64,000 nucleotides of DNA, taken from the NCBI GenBank assembly GCA_963752285.1, contig CAVVXN010000005.1, forward strand, positions 1,728,001-1,792,000, in the 5' to 3' direction. Below the pieces are notes generated by a model that worked only from the letters and a program-made list of their open reading frames with translations, did no database searches and was not told the origin of the DNA. A program made the position numbers and the translations under genes. Each line of letters begins with the position of its first letter. The first letter of the stretch is position 1. Shown one piece after another: positions 1 to 10,750 of the stretch. Origin of the DNA: an uncultured Planctomycetota bacterium. GTDB taxonomy: Bacteria > Planctomycetota > PLA2 > JAEUHO01.

Positions 1-1
1 C

Positions 2-517
2 GAGATCGACGCGAAGGCGCTCGGCCTCGACAAGCTCCGCGCGGTGGACATGGCCGACGCCGCTCGGCCCAAGCCCCACCCGTGGCTCCTGGTCCGCAGC
101 CAGCAGGACTGGCAGAATCTGATTCTCCGTCCGGTGTTCGAGAAGCTTGGGATCACGTCCAACGAACAAGCGCAGGCCCGCAAGAGTGAGATCCAGGAGG
201 CGATCGGCGCGCTGACTCTCGAGGACGTCTACGAGAGCCGCGGCTACGTGTACCGCGAGGGCGCAAGCCACCACAAGCCTGCGAAGGGCACGCTCGCCAT
301 GGCGAACAGCGGGCCGAACACGAACGGGTCCCAGTTCTTCATCAATCTCGTGGACAACGACTATCTGTCCGGAAAGCACACGGTATTCGGCAAGGTGATC
401 GCCGGGATGGACGTCGTCGAGGCGATCGGCAACGTCCCCGTGGACGGAGCGAGCAAGCCGAAGGAGCCGGTCAAGATCCTCTCGGTGAAGCTCGTTCCGC
501 CGCCCCCTCCGAAGTGA
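2..517 (+). CDS. Cyclophilin-type peptidyl-prolyl cis-trans isomerase, 5'-truncated by the window edge
   Basis: Cyclophilin motifs [19 protein letters not shown] and [17 protein letters not shown]. The frame is open back to position 2 ([12 protein letters not shown]...). Confidence 0.93.
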   Translation, partial: EIDAKALGLDKLRAVDMADAARPKPHPWLLVRSQQDWQNLILRPVFEKLGITSNEQAQARKSEIQEAIGALTLEDVYESRGYVYREGASHHKPAKGTLAMANSGPNTNGSQFFINLVDNDYLSGKHTVFGKVIAGMDVVEAIGNVPVDGASKPKEPVKILSVKLVPPPPPK

Positions 518-562
518 CGGCGCCGTCACCCTCGCCTCGCAAGGCCAAGCCTAGAGCCACGC

Positions 563-1363
563 TCACCGGCGCCCACCCATCAGGCGGCGGGAGACCGACG
601 CCACGAAACGGCGGGTGAAGAGCCGCTCAAGAAACACGAGAATCCGGTTCCCAACGCCGGGAACCGCGATCATCCGACCCCGCGAGAGGGCCTTCAGCCC
701 ATCGCGGGCCACGCGCTCGGCGGACATACGGAAGCGCAGGAACGCGCCGATGTCGCTGTAGCCCGCCGCCTCGAAGAACTCGGTGTCGGTCACGCCGGGG
801 CACAGGGCGGTGACTACCACGTTCGTGTGGCGCACCTCCTGGTACACGCTCGCGGAGAGGTTCTGCAGGTACGCCTTGGTCCCGGCGTATCCCGCCTGGT
901 ACGGCGCGGGCTGAAGGCCCGCCATGCTGGCCACGTTCAAGACCCCGCCGCGACCCCGCACGAGCATGCCCGGCAGGAGGCGCCTCAGGAGCGCGGTCGG
1001 CGCAGCGACGTTCACCTCCAGCATGTCGCGCGTTCGCGCCTCGTCCGCCCGGACGAAGGGGCCTGGCACCGCGAACCCGGCGTTGTTCACGAGCACGTCC
1101 ACGTGTCCGAGCGCACACTCGGCGGCCGCAACGAGCCGTTCGACCGAGCCCGGGTCGGCGAGGTCCGCCGTGACGACGTGGGCCTCGGGCGCTCCGAGCG
1201 ACCGGCACTCCTCGGCGAGGGCATCGAGCCGCTCGACACGTCGCGCAGTCAGGACGAGCCGGGCGCCCTCGCGTGCGAGAAGCCTGGCGATCTCGCGGCC
1301 GATCCCGCTGCTCGCACCCGTGACGAGGCAGCCGAAGTCCCGATACGAGGCGATCCTGGGCAA
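563..1363 (-). CDS. Short-chain dehydrogenase/reductase (DltE-like)
   Basis: TGASSGIG, NNAG and YAGTK motifs. TTG start at 1363 is preceded by GGAGG. Confidence 0.92.
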   Translation of the reverse strand: MPRIASYRDFGCLVTGASSGIGREIARLLAREGARLVLTARRVERLDALAEECRSLGAPEAHVVTADLADPGSVERLVAAAECALGHVDVLVNNAGFAVPGPFVRADEARTRDMLEVNVAAPTALLRRLLPGMLVRGRGGVLNVASMAGLQPAPYQAGYAGTKAYLQNLSASVYQEVRHTNVVVTALCPGVTDTEFFEAAGYSDIGAFLRFRMSAERVARDGLKALSRGRMIAVPGVGNRILVFLERLFTRRFVASVSRRLMGGRR

Positions 1364-1376
1364 ACCGACCTCCGCT

Positions 1377-4300
1377 TCAGCCCCGCGCGACGAGCAGGTC
1401 GCGCCACGCCCCCGGCCACCGGTCGCGGAGCGACGCGACCGCGTAGGCCGACGCGAGGCGCCGCGCATCCTCCAGGGCTTCGCCGCCCACGTCCATCTCG
1501 ACCTCTACGGCAGGGTCCCCCCAGCCCGGATCGAGGAGAAGCAGGCGCGCCCCGGCCACGTCGTGCCCGAGCAGTCTCTCGGCGGCCAGGGCGTAGAACG
1601 CGATCTGCACCGCGTACTGCTCCCGAACGGCAGCGGGTGTTGGCAGGAGATCGCTCGGCGGGTTCGTCTTGTAGTCCACCAGGAGAAGGCCCTCGGCCGT
1701 CGGCAGCCAGAGGTCGATCGCGCCGCGGACGAGCAGCGCGTCGAAGCCCCCCACCTCGGCGCCGCGTGGAAACCGAATCCGGGCGTGGAACGCGACCTCG
1801 CGCCGGATGTCCTCGCCCTCACGGAGCGCCGCGGCGACCCGCCGACCGATCGACGACGCACGGAACCGTTCGACCATCGCTGAAACCAGCGCCACCGCGT
1901 CCGGCGACGGTTCTCCCTCGACCTGATCGACCAGCGCCTCCCGGACCTGGTCCGCCGACGGACCCGCGCGCGACGGACGTAGGTGCTCGAGCACGGCGTG
2001 GAGCGCCCTCCCGATGGCCGCGCGGTCCACCCGTCCTGCTCCGCCCTCCACCGCCTCTCGCTCCGGTCCGAGCTCGTCGAAGCGCCACCGCCGGTCCGCG
2101 CGGCGCACCTCGTCGGACGGGCCGCGCTCGTCCCCCGACGCGGGATCGTCCGGCTCGGCCGCCCGGGGCGGGGCCTCGGCCCGCGGCTCGAGCCGCCGGA
2201 GGTAGAAGCGCGCCGGCGATCGCTCGAAGTGGAGCAGATCCGAGACGCTGGCCACGAAGGGCGTGCCGCCGAGGACGTCGATGGGTCGCGCGGCCTCCTC
2301 CCGGAGCCGACGCGCCTCGGCCCGCGCCGACGCGCCGGGCGCCGAGACCGCGATCAGGAGCGGAGGGCTCGGCGCGTCCGCGACCGGGTCCACCCGCCGG
2401 TGGACGAGTCGGCCGGAGCCGAGCCGGACCTCCCCCGGCTCGCGTTCCGGCTTCACCTGGAGCGCTTCCAGTAGGGCCGCGCCCCAACCCTGGAGACCCT
2501 TCGGCCTTCCGTCCCTCGTGAGCCCGGCCGACGACCCGGTCACGAAGAGCCGCTCCTCCGCTCGCGTCATCGCGACGTAGAGGAGGCGCCGGTCCTCCTC
2601 CGCGACGAGCCGGGTCTCGTGGTCCTTCGCGGCCTGCCAGCCCGCCGGACGGTGGCCCGTCCCCTCGAGTGGGTGCCGGAGCTTCGCCGCGAGGCTCCGC
2701 TCCCCGTCGAAGAGGAGCGCATCCTTGACGGGCAAGGACTTCCGCCCGACATCGGCGATCACGACCACCGGGAACTCGAGACCCTTCGCCCCGTGCACCG
2801 TGTTCAGTCGCACCGCGCCCACGCCCTCCGTCGCGACCGGTGCCTCCGCCTCCGCGACCTCCAGGTCGCGCACGGTCTCGAGGTGCCGCAGGAGGCCGGC
2901 GAGATCCCGCCCGCCTCGTCGCTCCACACGCCGCGCCAGCGCCACGGCCTTGCGCAGGTTCATCGCCCGCCGCGCGCCCCCGGGGCGGAGGAGCTGGCTC
3001 TCGAGGAGCCCGAGGTCGTAGAGCGCCCCCTCGACGACCCGCCCGAGTCGCCCGGCGACCGCCTCCCAGCGAAGGCGCTCGACCGCGTCGCGCACGCGCG
3101 CGAGCCGCGCGTCGCTGTCCGCGGCCTCGCCGAAGCGCGCCCAGGGCGCCCCCGGCTCCCGTGGCGAAGCCCGCGGGTCCTCGAACCACCGGAGCAGGTC
3201 GTCGTCGGTCGCGGCCAGGGCGGGCCCCGTCGCGAAGCAGAGGAACGCGAAGTCGTCCGCGGGGTCGTGGACGACCCGAAGGGCGTACACGAGATCCACG
3301 ATCTCGTCCGCCTGGAAGAACCCGCGGCCGCGGTGCGTCACGAACGGGATCGCCTCCGCGAGGAGCGCCTCCTCGTAGACGGAGAGGTCGGACCGCGCCC
3401 GAAGCAGGATCGCCACGTCCCCGTATCCGAGCATGCGGCGCGGTTCGCCGGGCACCCTCCGCGCGCGGGGGGTCCCGACCTCCACCAGCTCCTTGATGCG
3501 CCGGGCGACGTAGCGCGCCTCGGCGGCCCGGCGAGAATCCGCGTCGGCGCCCGCGCCGGCGTCCACGATCGTGAGCTCGACGTCGGGCCCTTCCACGTCG
3601 TCGAACCGGCCCGCGGCGACGAGCGCCGCGGCCGGAACGCCGGCCGCGCCCCCCTCGAAGAGCCGCGCCGTCAGCTCGTTCAGCGCGTCCACGAGAGGCG
3701 GCCGCGCGCGGAACGTCCGCGAGAGGACGTGGCCTCCGTCCACGCCGACGCGCGCGCGCTCCGCCTCGAGCACGCGTACGTCCGCGCGCCGGAAGCGGTA
3801 GATCGACTGCTTCGGGTCGCCGACCGAGAACCGCGGGCACCCGACACCCCCCAGGCGGGCGAGGATCCGCGCCTGGAGCGGGTTCGTGTCCTGCATCTCG
3901 TCGATGAGCAGCGCCCGCGGGGCGTTCGCCGGCGCGCGGCCTTCCGCCGCGAGGCGCCCGAGCAGGTCGAACGCACCGCGCTCCAGGTCGGTGAAGTCGA
4001 GGCCCGAGAGCCCCCGCTTGAGATCGGAGTACGCACGGTCCACTCGTGCAAGGAGCCTCCGGAGGGACGGAAGCACCTCGCGCGCGCCGATCTCGTCGAG
4101 CGCACGCCCGAGGACGACGTCGAGCTGGTCCGTCAAGGTGCACCGCGCGTCGCGGAGCCGGGCGCTCCCGCGCCGCGGGGGGTCGGGCTTCGCCGCGGCC
4201 ACCGCGTCCCGCGCGGCGAGCACGTGCCAGGCGTCGGCCGGGGCGGCGAGGGCCCGGCGCACTTCGGCTCCCGCGCTCGCGACGCGCGCCCGCGTGGTCG

Positions 4301-4919
4301 CGTCGGCGTCCGCCGCCTCCCGCTCGAGGTCATCGAGCGCCCCGAGCAGCTCCTCGGGCTCGGGCGGCGCGCCCCCGTCGCCGTATCGCCACGTGAGATC
4401 GCCCGGGTCGATACCCGCGCCGCGCACGCGTTCGAGCAGGAAAAGACACTCGTCCTTGCCCGCCGGGACCCGCGACAGCACCGCGAGGGTCTCGGGATCG
4501 CCGGCGAAGAGGTCCGCCAGCCCGAGCCGCCACGCGTCCTCGCGCAGGAGGCGCGACTCGGTCTCGTCGAGCACGCGGAACGCCGGGTCGAGCCCCGCGT
4601 CGATGGCGTGCCGGCGGAGCAGGCGCGCTGCGAACGCGTGGATGGTCGAGATCGGAGCGAACTCGACCTCCGCCGCGAGGTCGGGTCGACCCGCCTCGGC
4701 GAGGTCCCGCGCGATCCGAAGCCGCATCTCGCCAGCGGCCTTGTCCGTGTACGTGAGGGCGGCGATGCGCCGCACCGGCAGGCGATGGGCGAGCGCGAGG
4801 TGCACGAACCGACGGGAGAGGACCGCCGTCTTGCCCGACCCGGCACCCGCCACGACGCAAGCGTCGGCGAGCGCGTGCTCGATCGCCGCGCGCTGCTCGG
4901 GCGTCGGCTCGAGGCTCAC
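1377..4919 (-). CDS. addA: ATP-dependent helicase/nuclease subunit A (AddA/RecB-like UvrD helicase + PD-(D/E)XK nuclease)
   Basis: AGAGSGKT, TIHAF, IDEMQD, VGDPKQSIYRFR, TVHGAKGLEF, LYVAMTRA; nuclease motif GAIDLW..LVDYKT. GTG start overlaps the addB stop (GTGA). Confidence 0.92.
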   Translation of the reverse strand: MSLEPTPEQRAAIEHALADACVVAGAGSGKTAVLSRRFVHLALAHRLPVRRIAALTYTDKAAGEMRLRIARDLAEAGRPDLAAEVEFAPISTIHAFAARLLRRHAIDAGLDPAFRVLDETESRLLREDAWRLGLADLFAGDPETLAVLSRVPAGKDECLFLLERVRGAGIDPGDLTWRYGDGGAPPEPEELLGALDDLEREAADADATTRARVASAGAEVRRALAAPADAWHVLAARDAVAAAKPDPPRRGSARLRDARCTLTDQLDVVLGRALDEIGAREVLPSLRRLLARVDRAYSDLKRGLSGLDFTDLERGAFDLLGRLAAEGRAPANAPRALLIDEMQDTNPLQARILARLGGVGCPRFSVGDPKQSIYRFRRADVRVLEAERARVGVDGGHVLSRTFRARPPLVDALNELTARLFEGGAAGVPAAALVAAGRFDDVEGPDVELTIVDAGAGADADSRRAAEARYVARRIKELVEVGTPRARRVPGEPRRMLGYGDVAILLRARSDLSVYEEALLAEAIPFVTHRGRGFFQADEIVDLVYALRVVHDPADDFAFLCFATGPALAATDDDLLRWFEDPRASPREPGAPWARFGEAADSDARLARVRDAVERLRWEAVAGRLGRVVEGALYDLGLLESQLLRPGGARRAMNLRKAVALARRVERRGGRDLAGLLRHLETVRDLEVAEAEAPVATEGVGAVRLNTVHGAKGLEFPVVVIADVGRKSLPVKDALLFDGERSLAAKLRHPLEGTGHRPAGWQAAKDHETRLVAEEDRRLLYVAMTRAEERLFVTGSSAGLTRDGRPKGLQGWGAALLEALQVKPEREPGEVRLGSGRLVHRRVDPVADAPSPPLLIAVSAPGASARAEARRLREEAARPIDVLGGTPFVASVSDLLHFERSPARFYLRRLEPRAEAPPRAAEPDDPASGDERGPSDEVRRADRRWRFDELGPEREAVEGGAGRVDRAAIGRALHAVLEHLRPSRAGPSADQVREALVDQVEGEPSPDAVALVSAMVERFRASSIGRRVAAALREGEDIRREVAFHARIRFPRGAEVGGFDALLVRGAIDLWLPTAEGLLLVDYKTNPPSDLLPTPAAVREQYAVQIAFYALAAERLLGHDVAGARLLLLDPGWGDPAVEVEMDVGGEALEDARRLASAYAVASLRDRWPGAWRDLLVARG

Positions 4920-7900
4920 GACGTCGTCTCCTCGGCGTCGTCGGCGTCCTCGACCCGCGCGAAGACGGGACGGCAGGCGGGACGCCACGCGCAGGTTCCA
5001 CAGCGTTTGGCGTCCTCGGTCTGCCGGTCGTGCGCGCCCGCGCCCACCTCGAGGGCGGCCCGCCCCGCACGCTCTACGACCGCCGCGAGCGCCGCACGGA
5101 AGGCCGCGGGGTCGCGTCGGTCCACGCGGCCGCCTTCGCCGGCGCGCGCGGCGAGGACCGCTTCGCCGTCGCACCACACGCCGAACCGCACGCGCTCCGT
5201 CGCCGCGAGCCACTCGATCCCGACGACCTCGACGCCGTACATGCGGTGCACGACGGCCGCGTAGAGGGGAAGCTGGGGGTCCAGGCCCTCGCCGAAGAGA
5301 CGGTGCGCGTCCCGGGCGCTCGTCGCGGAGAGCTTGTAGTCGACGACCACCGCTCGGCCCTCGCCGCGGTCCACGCGGTCGATCCGGCCACGCAGCCGCA
5401 GGGGTCCCCCCGGCGTGTCGAGGGCGAAGCCGTCGTCCTCGCCGAACGCGAGCTCGAGCCCGTCCGCGCACGGGGCTACGAGGCCGGTCCCCGCTTCCAC
5501 CCGCGCGCGGAGGAGCGCCGCGAGCCGCTGGAGCTCGCCGAGGAGCACGACTCGTTCCGCCTCGCCGAGCGCCCCGACCTCGGATCCGCGCCGAGAGGCC
5601 GACGCCTCGATCGTCTCCCTCGCGACGACGGCCGGGGCCTTCGCCGGCTCCGCGAGCGCGCGGCGGAGCGCGTCGTGCACCAGGGTCCCCCGCTCGCGCG
5701 GCCCGAACGGCGGACCCGCGAACGGCACGGCGTCCTCGGGGGCGCCGAGCACCTGCCGGAAGAACACGCGCCGCCGACACGCGATCGCGTCGCGGAGCGT
5801 GCTGGCGGAGACGCGCGCGACGGCCGCCCTGAAGCGGGCCGTGGACCGCGCGGGCTCGAGCGGGTCGCCGCCCGAGACCCGCGCGCGCGCGGCCCGCCGC
5901 AGGAGGTCGGGGTCGCCCGTCGCGAGCAGGGCACGCGCGAGCTCCTGGTCGTCCGGCGACGCGCCGGGGTCGCGCGCTGTCTCCGCGGCGAAGAGGGCGA
6001 GGTCCCGCGGGGTGTAGCACTCGGACCGCGCGGGCGCCGGCCGGCCCGCCGGGCGCGACACCGTCGCCTCGGAGAGCCGGACGGTCCGCTCCACCTGCTC
6101 GAGGAAGAGCGACGGCGGGCGTGGGTCCCCGTCCGGCGTCGCCGTCGAGCGCACGAGCACGAGCCTCCTCCGCGCGCGCGTGACCGCGCCGTAGAAGAGC
6201 CGTCGTTCCCGCGTCTCGCGGTCGCGAGCGAGAGGGAGTCGGAAGCCCGCCGCGCCGTGGACGGACTCGCGGTCGTCGTCCCCGAGGACGACGTCCTCGC
6301 GCGGCACGAGCGGCACCTCGCCCTCCGAGAGCCCCGCCACGATCACGACGGGCGCCTCCCAGTGGCGCGCCTCCTCGAAATCGAACACGTTCACCGCGTC
6401 GAGCCGCCGGTCGGGGAGGGCGAGGCGCGCCTGCTCGACCGCGTCGAGGAGGAGGTCCACCGCGCGCCGCGCGTCCACATCGGTGCCGATCCCGGTGCGG
6501 AGCGCGGCCCCCGCCAGGCCGGCGACGAGACCGAGCACGCGGTCCCGGGCCGCCGCGGCGCGTGCCCGGCGGTGGTCGGCCTCGGGGTCGATCGGGCGAC
6601 CGGCGCGGTCGAGCCCCGCGGCCGGCGGGAGCGGCGCGAGCTCGAGCACGGCCTTCGCGAGGCGCGGCCCGAGCGCCCCCCACCCGGCGGCCGACGCGAG
6701 CTCGCGCCGATGGGTCACGAGCGGCTCGGGGTCGAGCCCCGCCGCGCGCGCGGCGGACGCGAGCTGGTCGAGGTCCCGGGGCCAGCCGTATCGGCGGCAG
6801 GCGATCTCGAAGCGGTCCACGCGGGCCGAGAGCGCGGGCCCGCCGTCGGCGTGCGCGCGCCAGCGGAACCACGGCACGAGCCCGGTCGCGTCGAGCTCTC
6901 CCGGGCCCGTCCGACCCGAGAGCAGCGAGAGCGGCCCCGCGAGCGCGCGGACGAGCGCCTCCGAGGCGAGCGGTCTGCCCGCGCCCACGAGTCGCGCGGG
7001 GACGCCGAGGCGGGAGAGCGCGTCGAGGATCCGTGGGCCGGCCTCGTCGAGCCGGCGGGCGACGACGACCAGGTCGCGCCACCCGCGGAGGAGCCCGGGG
7101 ACGCGGTCGAGCCGGCGCGCCTCGCGCGCGACCGCCTCGGCCTCGTCCTCGGGGTCGCCCGCGAGGACGAGCCGCACCTCTTCGCCCGGGTGCGCGGCGG
7201 GCGCGGGGGGGTCGCGGCGGAACAGGTCGAGGGCGAGTCGGGCGAGCGGGCCACCAGGCGCCCGCGCGAAGCCCGCGACGGGCTCCTCGACGAAGCCTCG
7301 CGTGAGGAGCCGCCGACGCGTCTCGGCGGAGGCGCCGAAGAGGTCGGGACGGCCCGCGTCCCACGGAAGGGTCACTACGACCTCCCCGCCGCGGTCGGCC
7401 ACGATCCGGGCGAGCGCGTCGAGGATCGCGTCCTCCACCGGGGTGAAGTCGTCGAAACCGTCCACCACGAGCAGGGCCGGCGCGCCCTCCAAGGGCCCCT
7501 CGTCGAGGGCACGGGCGAGTCGGCTGAGGGTGTCCTCGTGGTCCTCGAGCCCCGCGGCATCGAGGAGCCGGTCGTAGACGGTGAACACCTCGACGAACCC
7601 CAAGAGGCGCGCGCGCGCGTCGGGCGCGAGCCGGTCCGCCGATGCGGCGAGCCGTTCCCGCGCCGCCTCGGGATCGAGACCCGATTGCTTCACCTCTTTC
7701 ACGAGGCGGAGGAGCCGCGCGCGGAGGCCCGGCCGGTCGCGTACGGCGCGGAACGCCGGCGCGTCGGCCCGCCGGAGGGCCTCGTCCATGGTGGCGTCCC
7801 GCTCCACGAGCGACGGCAGGGCGCGCACCCGGAAGCCGTCGAGGTAGTGCTCCCCCACCGAGGTGAAGGTCTGGAACGCACCGTCGAGAACGGCCCGCGC

Positions 7901-8113
7901 GTCCCAGAGCGAGAGGGCGACCCGTGAGAGGTGCATCGCCTGCGCGTACGTCGGCAGCACGAGGAGCGCGTCGCCAGGTCGCGACGCGCCCCGGCCTCGC
8001 GCCCCGGTGGTCGTGGCCGCCTCCTTCACGCGCGCGAGCGCGCGGCGCGTCTTGCCCGATCCGGCCGGCCCGGTCAGCAGGCGGAGGTGGGCGGTCGGAG
8101 TGGGCACGGGCAT
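4916..8113 (-). CDS. addB: ATP-dependent helicase/nuclease subunit B (AddB/RexB-like)
   Basis: N-terminal TGPAGSGKT, ERRLFYGAVTRAR, GRIDRVD..VVDYK. Four Cys (ACRRR...CGTCAWRPAC) match the Fe-S staple. Confidence 0.88.
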   Translation of the reverse strand: MPVPTPTAHLRLLTGPAGSGKTRRALARVKEAATTTGARGRGASRPGDALLVLPTYAQAMHLSRVALSLWDARAVLDGAFQTFTSVGEHYLDGFRVRALPSLVERDATMDEALRRADAPAFRAVRDRPGLRARLLRLVKEVKQSGLDPEAARERLAASADRLAPDARARLLGFVEVFTVYDRLLDAAGLEDHEDTLSRLARALDEGPLEGAPALLVVDGFDDFTPVEDAILDALARIVADRGGEVVVTLPWDAGRPDLFGASAETRRRLLTRGFVEEPVAGFARAPGGPLARLALDLFRRDPPAPAAHPGEEVRLVLAGDPEDEAEAVAREARRLDRVPGLLRGWRDLVVVARRLDEAGPRILDALSRLGVPARLVGAGRPLASEALVRALAGPLSLLSGRTGPGELDATGLVPWFRWRAHADGGPALSARVDRFEIACRRYGWPRDLDQLASAARAAGLDPEPLVTHRRELASAAGWGALGPRLAKAVLELAPLPPAAGLDRAGRPIDPEADHRRARAAAARDRVLGLVAGLAGAALRTGIGTDVDARRAVDLLLDAVEQARLALPDRRLDAVNVFDFEEARHWEAPVVIVAGLSEGEVPLVPREDVVLGDDDRESVHGAAGFRLPLARDRETRERRLFYGAVTRARRRLVLVRSTATPDGDPRPPSLFLEQVERTVRLSEATVSRPAGRPAPARSECYTPRDLALFAAETARDPGASPDDQELARALLATGDPDLLRRAARARVSGGDPLEPARSTARFRAAVARVSASTLRDAIACRRRVFFRQVLGAPEDAVPFAGPPFGPRERGTLVHDALRRALAEPAKAPAVVARETIEASASRRGSEVGALGEAERVVLLGELQRLAALLRARVEAGTGLVAPCADGLELAFGEDDGFALDTPGGPLRLRGRIDRVDRGEGRAVVVDYKLSATSARDAHRLFGEGLDPQLPLYAAVVHRMYGVEVVGIEWLAATERVRFGVWCDGEAVLAARAGEGGRVDRRDPAAFRAALAAVVERAGRAALEVGAGAHDRQTEDAKRCGTCAWRPACRPVFARVEDADDAEETTS

Positions 8114-8287
8114 CGCGCGGCGAGGGTAGTCGGGGCCCGGGACGCCGCCGCGGCGGGGACGGCGACGCCGCGCGCCTTGTCGGGCGCCACCGGGAGGGCT
8201 ACCCTGCCGCGCCACCCCCGACCGTTCGGGGGCGGCGGACCGGGCTCACGGGGCCCGCGTCCGTCGGGTCGTCGTCCGGGAGGCACG

Positions 8288-9433
8288 GTGCGCGCGAGGA
8301 TCGTCCCCGAGGTCCGCCTGCTCGGAACCGGAGCTTCGCTCCCTGACCGCGTCGTCACGAACGAGGAGCTCGAGGGGATCGTCCGGGGCTACGACGCGGC
8401 GGCCTCGGGGCCCTTCGGGGACTGGGTGGACCGGGTCACCCACATCCACGAGCGCCGTTTCTCGGCTCCGGGCCAGCGCACGAGCGACCTCGCGCTGGGC
8501 GCGGCGCGACAGGCGCTCGAGGCCGCGCGGGTAGAGCCGAAGGACCTGGACCTGATCGTCTACGCGTCTTTCACGTCGAGCCAGACGCTCCCTGGCGACC
8601 ACTGCCGCCTCGCCGAGGAGCTGGGGGCGGTCGCGACGCCCACGTTCAACCTGATGGCCGCCTGCGCGGGGTCGGTCTACGGGATGGCGCTCGCGTACGG
8701 CATGCTCGCGTCCGGCGTCCACGAACACGTGCTCGTGATCGGAGCGGAGACGATCTCTCGGTGTCTCAACTTCAACGATCCCGTCACCTCGATCCTCTTC
8801 GGCGACGGGGCGGGCGCCGTCCTGCTCGGCCGGGGCGACGGCGACCCAAACGGCGCGGGCATGCTCGCGCCGGACCTCGGTTTCTCGTACAGCCCCCGGA
8901 ACATCCACCAGGGCAACAGCAACGTCCCGATCGACGTCGCCGTCTTCCCCGACCGACCGCTCCAGCCGGGCGTGCCGCTCGTCGAGCAGGCGCTCGTCGA
9001 GATGGAGAGTGGGCCGAACGTGCTTCGCAGAGCCGTGAACGAGATGGCCGCCTCGACGGTCCGCTGCCTCGGCTACGACGTGAAGGACCTGCGCCGCGAC
9101 GACCCGGGTCTCCGCGCGAGCCTCGATCGCGCGTGGATCGTCCCTCACCAGGCGAACGGGCGCATCATCGACGGTCTCGTGGACCGGCTCGGCGTGTCGC
9201 CGGACCGCGTCGTCCGCACGATCTACCGCTACGGCAACATGTCGGCGGCGTCGAACCCGGTCGCCCTGGACTACGCCGTGCGCTACGGGAACACGAAGCG
9301 TCGTCTGGACGATACGGGCCGTGTCCTGGAGGTGCTGGACGTGCCCGCCCCACGGATCGGGACGGGCGATCTCGTCCTCCTCCCCTCGATCGGCGGCGGT
9401 TACCTCATGGGATGCGTGGGTTTCGTGGTCTGA
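8288..9433 (+). CDS. 3-oxoacyl-ACP synthase III (FabH/KAS III) family condensing enzyme
   Basis: Cys-His-Asn triad motifs AACAG, PHQAN, YGNMSAAS, plus LFGDGAGA. GTG start at 8288 is inferred. Confidence 0.9.
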   Translation: MRARIVPEVRLLGTGASLPDRVVTNEELEGIVRGYDAAASGPFGDWVDRVTHIHERRFSAPGQRTSDLALGAARQALEAARVEPKDLDLIVYASFTSSQTLPGDHCRLAEELGAVATPTFNLMAACAGSVYGMALAYGMLASGVHEHVLVIGAETISRCLNFNDPVTSILFGDGAGAVLLGRGDGDPNGAGMLAPDLGFSYSPRNIHQGNSNVPIDVAVFPDRPLQPGVPLVEQALVEMESGPNVLRRAVNEMAASTVRCLGYDVKDLRRDDPGLRASLDRAWIVPHQANGRIIDGLVDRLGVSPDRVVRTIYRYGNMSAASNPVALDYAVRYGNTKRRLDDTGRVLEVLDVPAPRIGTGDLVLLPSIGGGYLMGCVGFVV

Positions 9434-9463
9434 CCCCGCGCACGGGGGGCAGAATCGCGCCCC

Positions 9464-10750
9464 ATGAGCACGGAACGCGTCGGGGCGCGCCCCGCTCCGG
9501 TCCGCACGCCACGGACGAGACGCGGCGTCGCGGCGGCGAGCCTGGTCCTTCTCGCCCTGGGACTCGCGGCCGCCGCATGCGGGCGGAGCACGGCCGGCGC
9601 GGACGACGTCCGAAGCAGCCCGCGCCGCGCGAAGGTCGTCGCGTCGCCCGTCGAGACCCGCTCACTCGACTACACCGTGCCCGCGACCGGCGCGCTCGAG
9701 GCCTACCAGGTCCTCGACGTCCCCGCGCGTGTCGCCGGCGTGATCGGCGAGATCTCGTTCGACGTCGGCCAGCAGGTGACGCCGAAGGACGTCCTCGCGG
9801 TGGTGGACCGCGAACGCCACCTCCTCACGGTGAGGGAGGCGGAGGCCGGCGTGGCGGCCGCAGCCGCGACCGCGTCGCGGGCCGCCGCACAGAAGACCAG
9901 CGCGGAGGCGAGCCTGAAGGAGGCCCAGGCGAACCTGAACCGGCGCGAGGCGCTCCGCGGACGCGTGCCCGGCGCGGTCACCGTGGAGGAGATCGAGACC
10001 TCGCGCGCCGCCGTCGAGCGACTCGGGGCCTCGGTCGCCGAGGCGGTCGCACAGGGCGAGGAGGCCGCCGCGGCCGAGGCGAAGGCGCGCGCCGCGGTGG
10101 ACATCGCCCGGCGCGACGCCGAGGACGCCGAGATCCACCCGCCGCTCGCCGGCATCGTGGAGCGACGCCACGTGAGCGAAGGCCAGTACGTCCACCCGGG
10201 CGACCCGGTCGCGACGCTCGTGGACCGTTCGATCCTCCGCCTGCGATTCCGCGTCTCGGAACGCGACTCGGTCCGCCTCGAGAAGAGCATGGCCGTACAC
10301 TTCCGCGTCGCGGCGTTCCCCGAGCGCTCGTTCGGCGCGAATCTCGTGCACGTCGAGGGAACGGCGGACCCGGTCACGCGCATGGTCGAGTGCCTCGCCG
10401 ACGTCGCCGACCCGCCGGCGGAGCTGAAGCCGGGCTTCTTCGCGCAGGTGACGGTAGACGTGGGCGGCTCCGTGCACGCCGTCGTGATCCCGGACCGTGC
10501 GATCCGCGCCACGGAGGACGGCTACGTCGCCTTCGTGATCGAGGGCGGGAAGGCGCACCAGAGGAAGCTCGAGCTCGGGCTCCGGACCGCGGACGGGCAT
10601 GCCGAGGTCCTCCACGGGCTCGCGGCCGGAGAGCAGCTCGTCATCGAGGGCGCGGGCGCGCTGGAAGAGGGAACCGCGGTCGAGATCGTGCCCCCCGAGG
10701 CCGCCGGAGAGCCCACGAAGGCGCCGAAGGTGACGGGGGCCGCGGATTGA
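9464..10750 (+). CDS. RND efflux periplasmic adaptor (membrane fusion lipoprotein)
   Basis: Lipobox AAAC, lipoyl-like half motifs (VAGVIGEI, PLAGIVER), coiled-coil hairpin, LKPGFF. Confidence 0.93.
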   Translation: MSTERVGARPAPVRTPRTRRGVAAASLVLLALGLAAAACGRSTAGADDVRSSPRRAKVVASPVETRSLDYTVPATGALEAYQVLDVPARVAGVIGEISFDVGQQVTPKDVLAVVDRERHLLTVREAEAGVAAAAATASRAAAQKTSAEASLKEAQANLNRREALRGRVPGAVTVEEIETSRAAVERLGASVAEAVAQGEEAAAAEAKARAAVDIARRDAEDAEIHPPLAGIVERRHVSEGQYVHPGDPVATLVDRSILRLRFRVSERDSVRLEKSMAVHFRVAAFPERSFGANLVHVEGTADPVTRMVECLADVADPPAELKPGFFAQVTVDVGGSVHAVVIPDRAIRATEDGYVAFVIEGGKAHQRKLELGLRTADGHAEVLHGLAAGEQLVIEGAGALEEGTAVEIVPPEAAGEPTKAPKVTGAAD

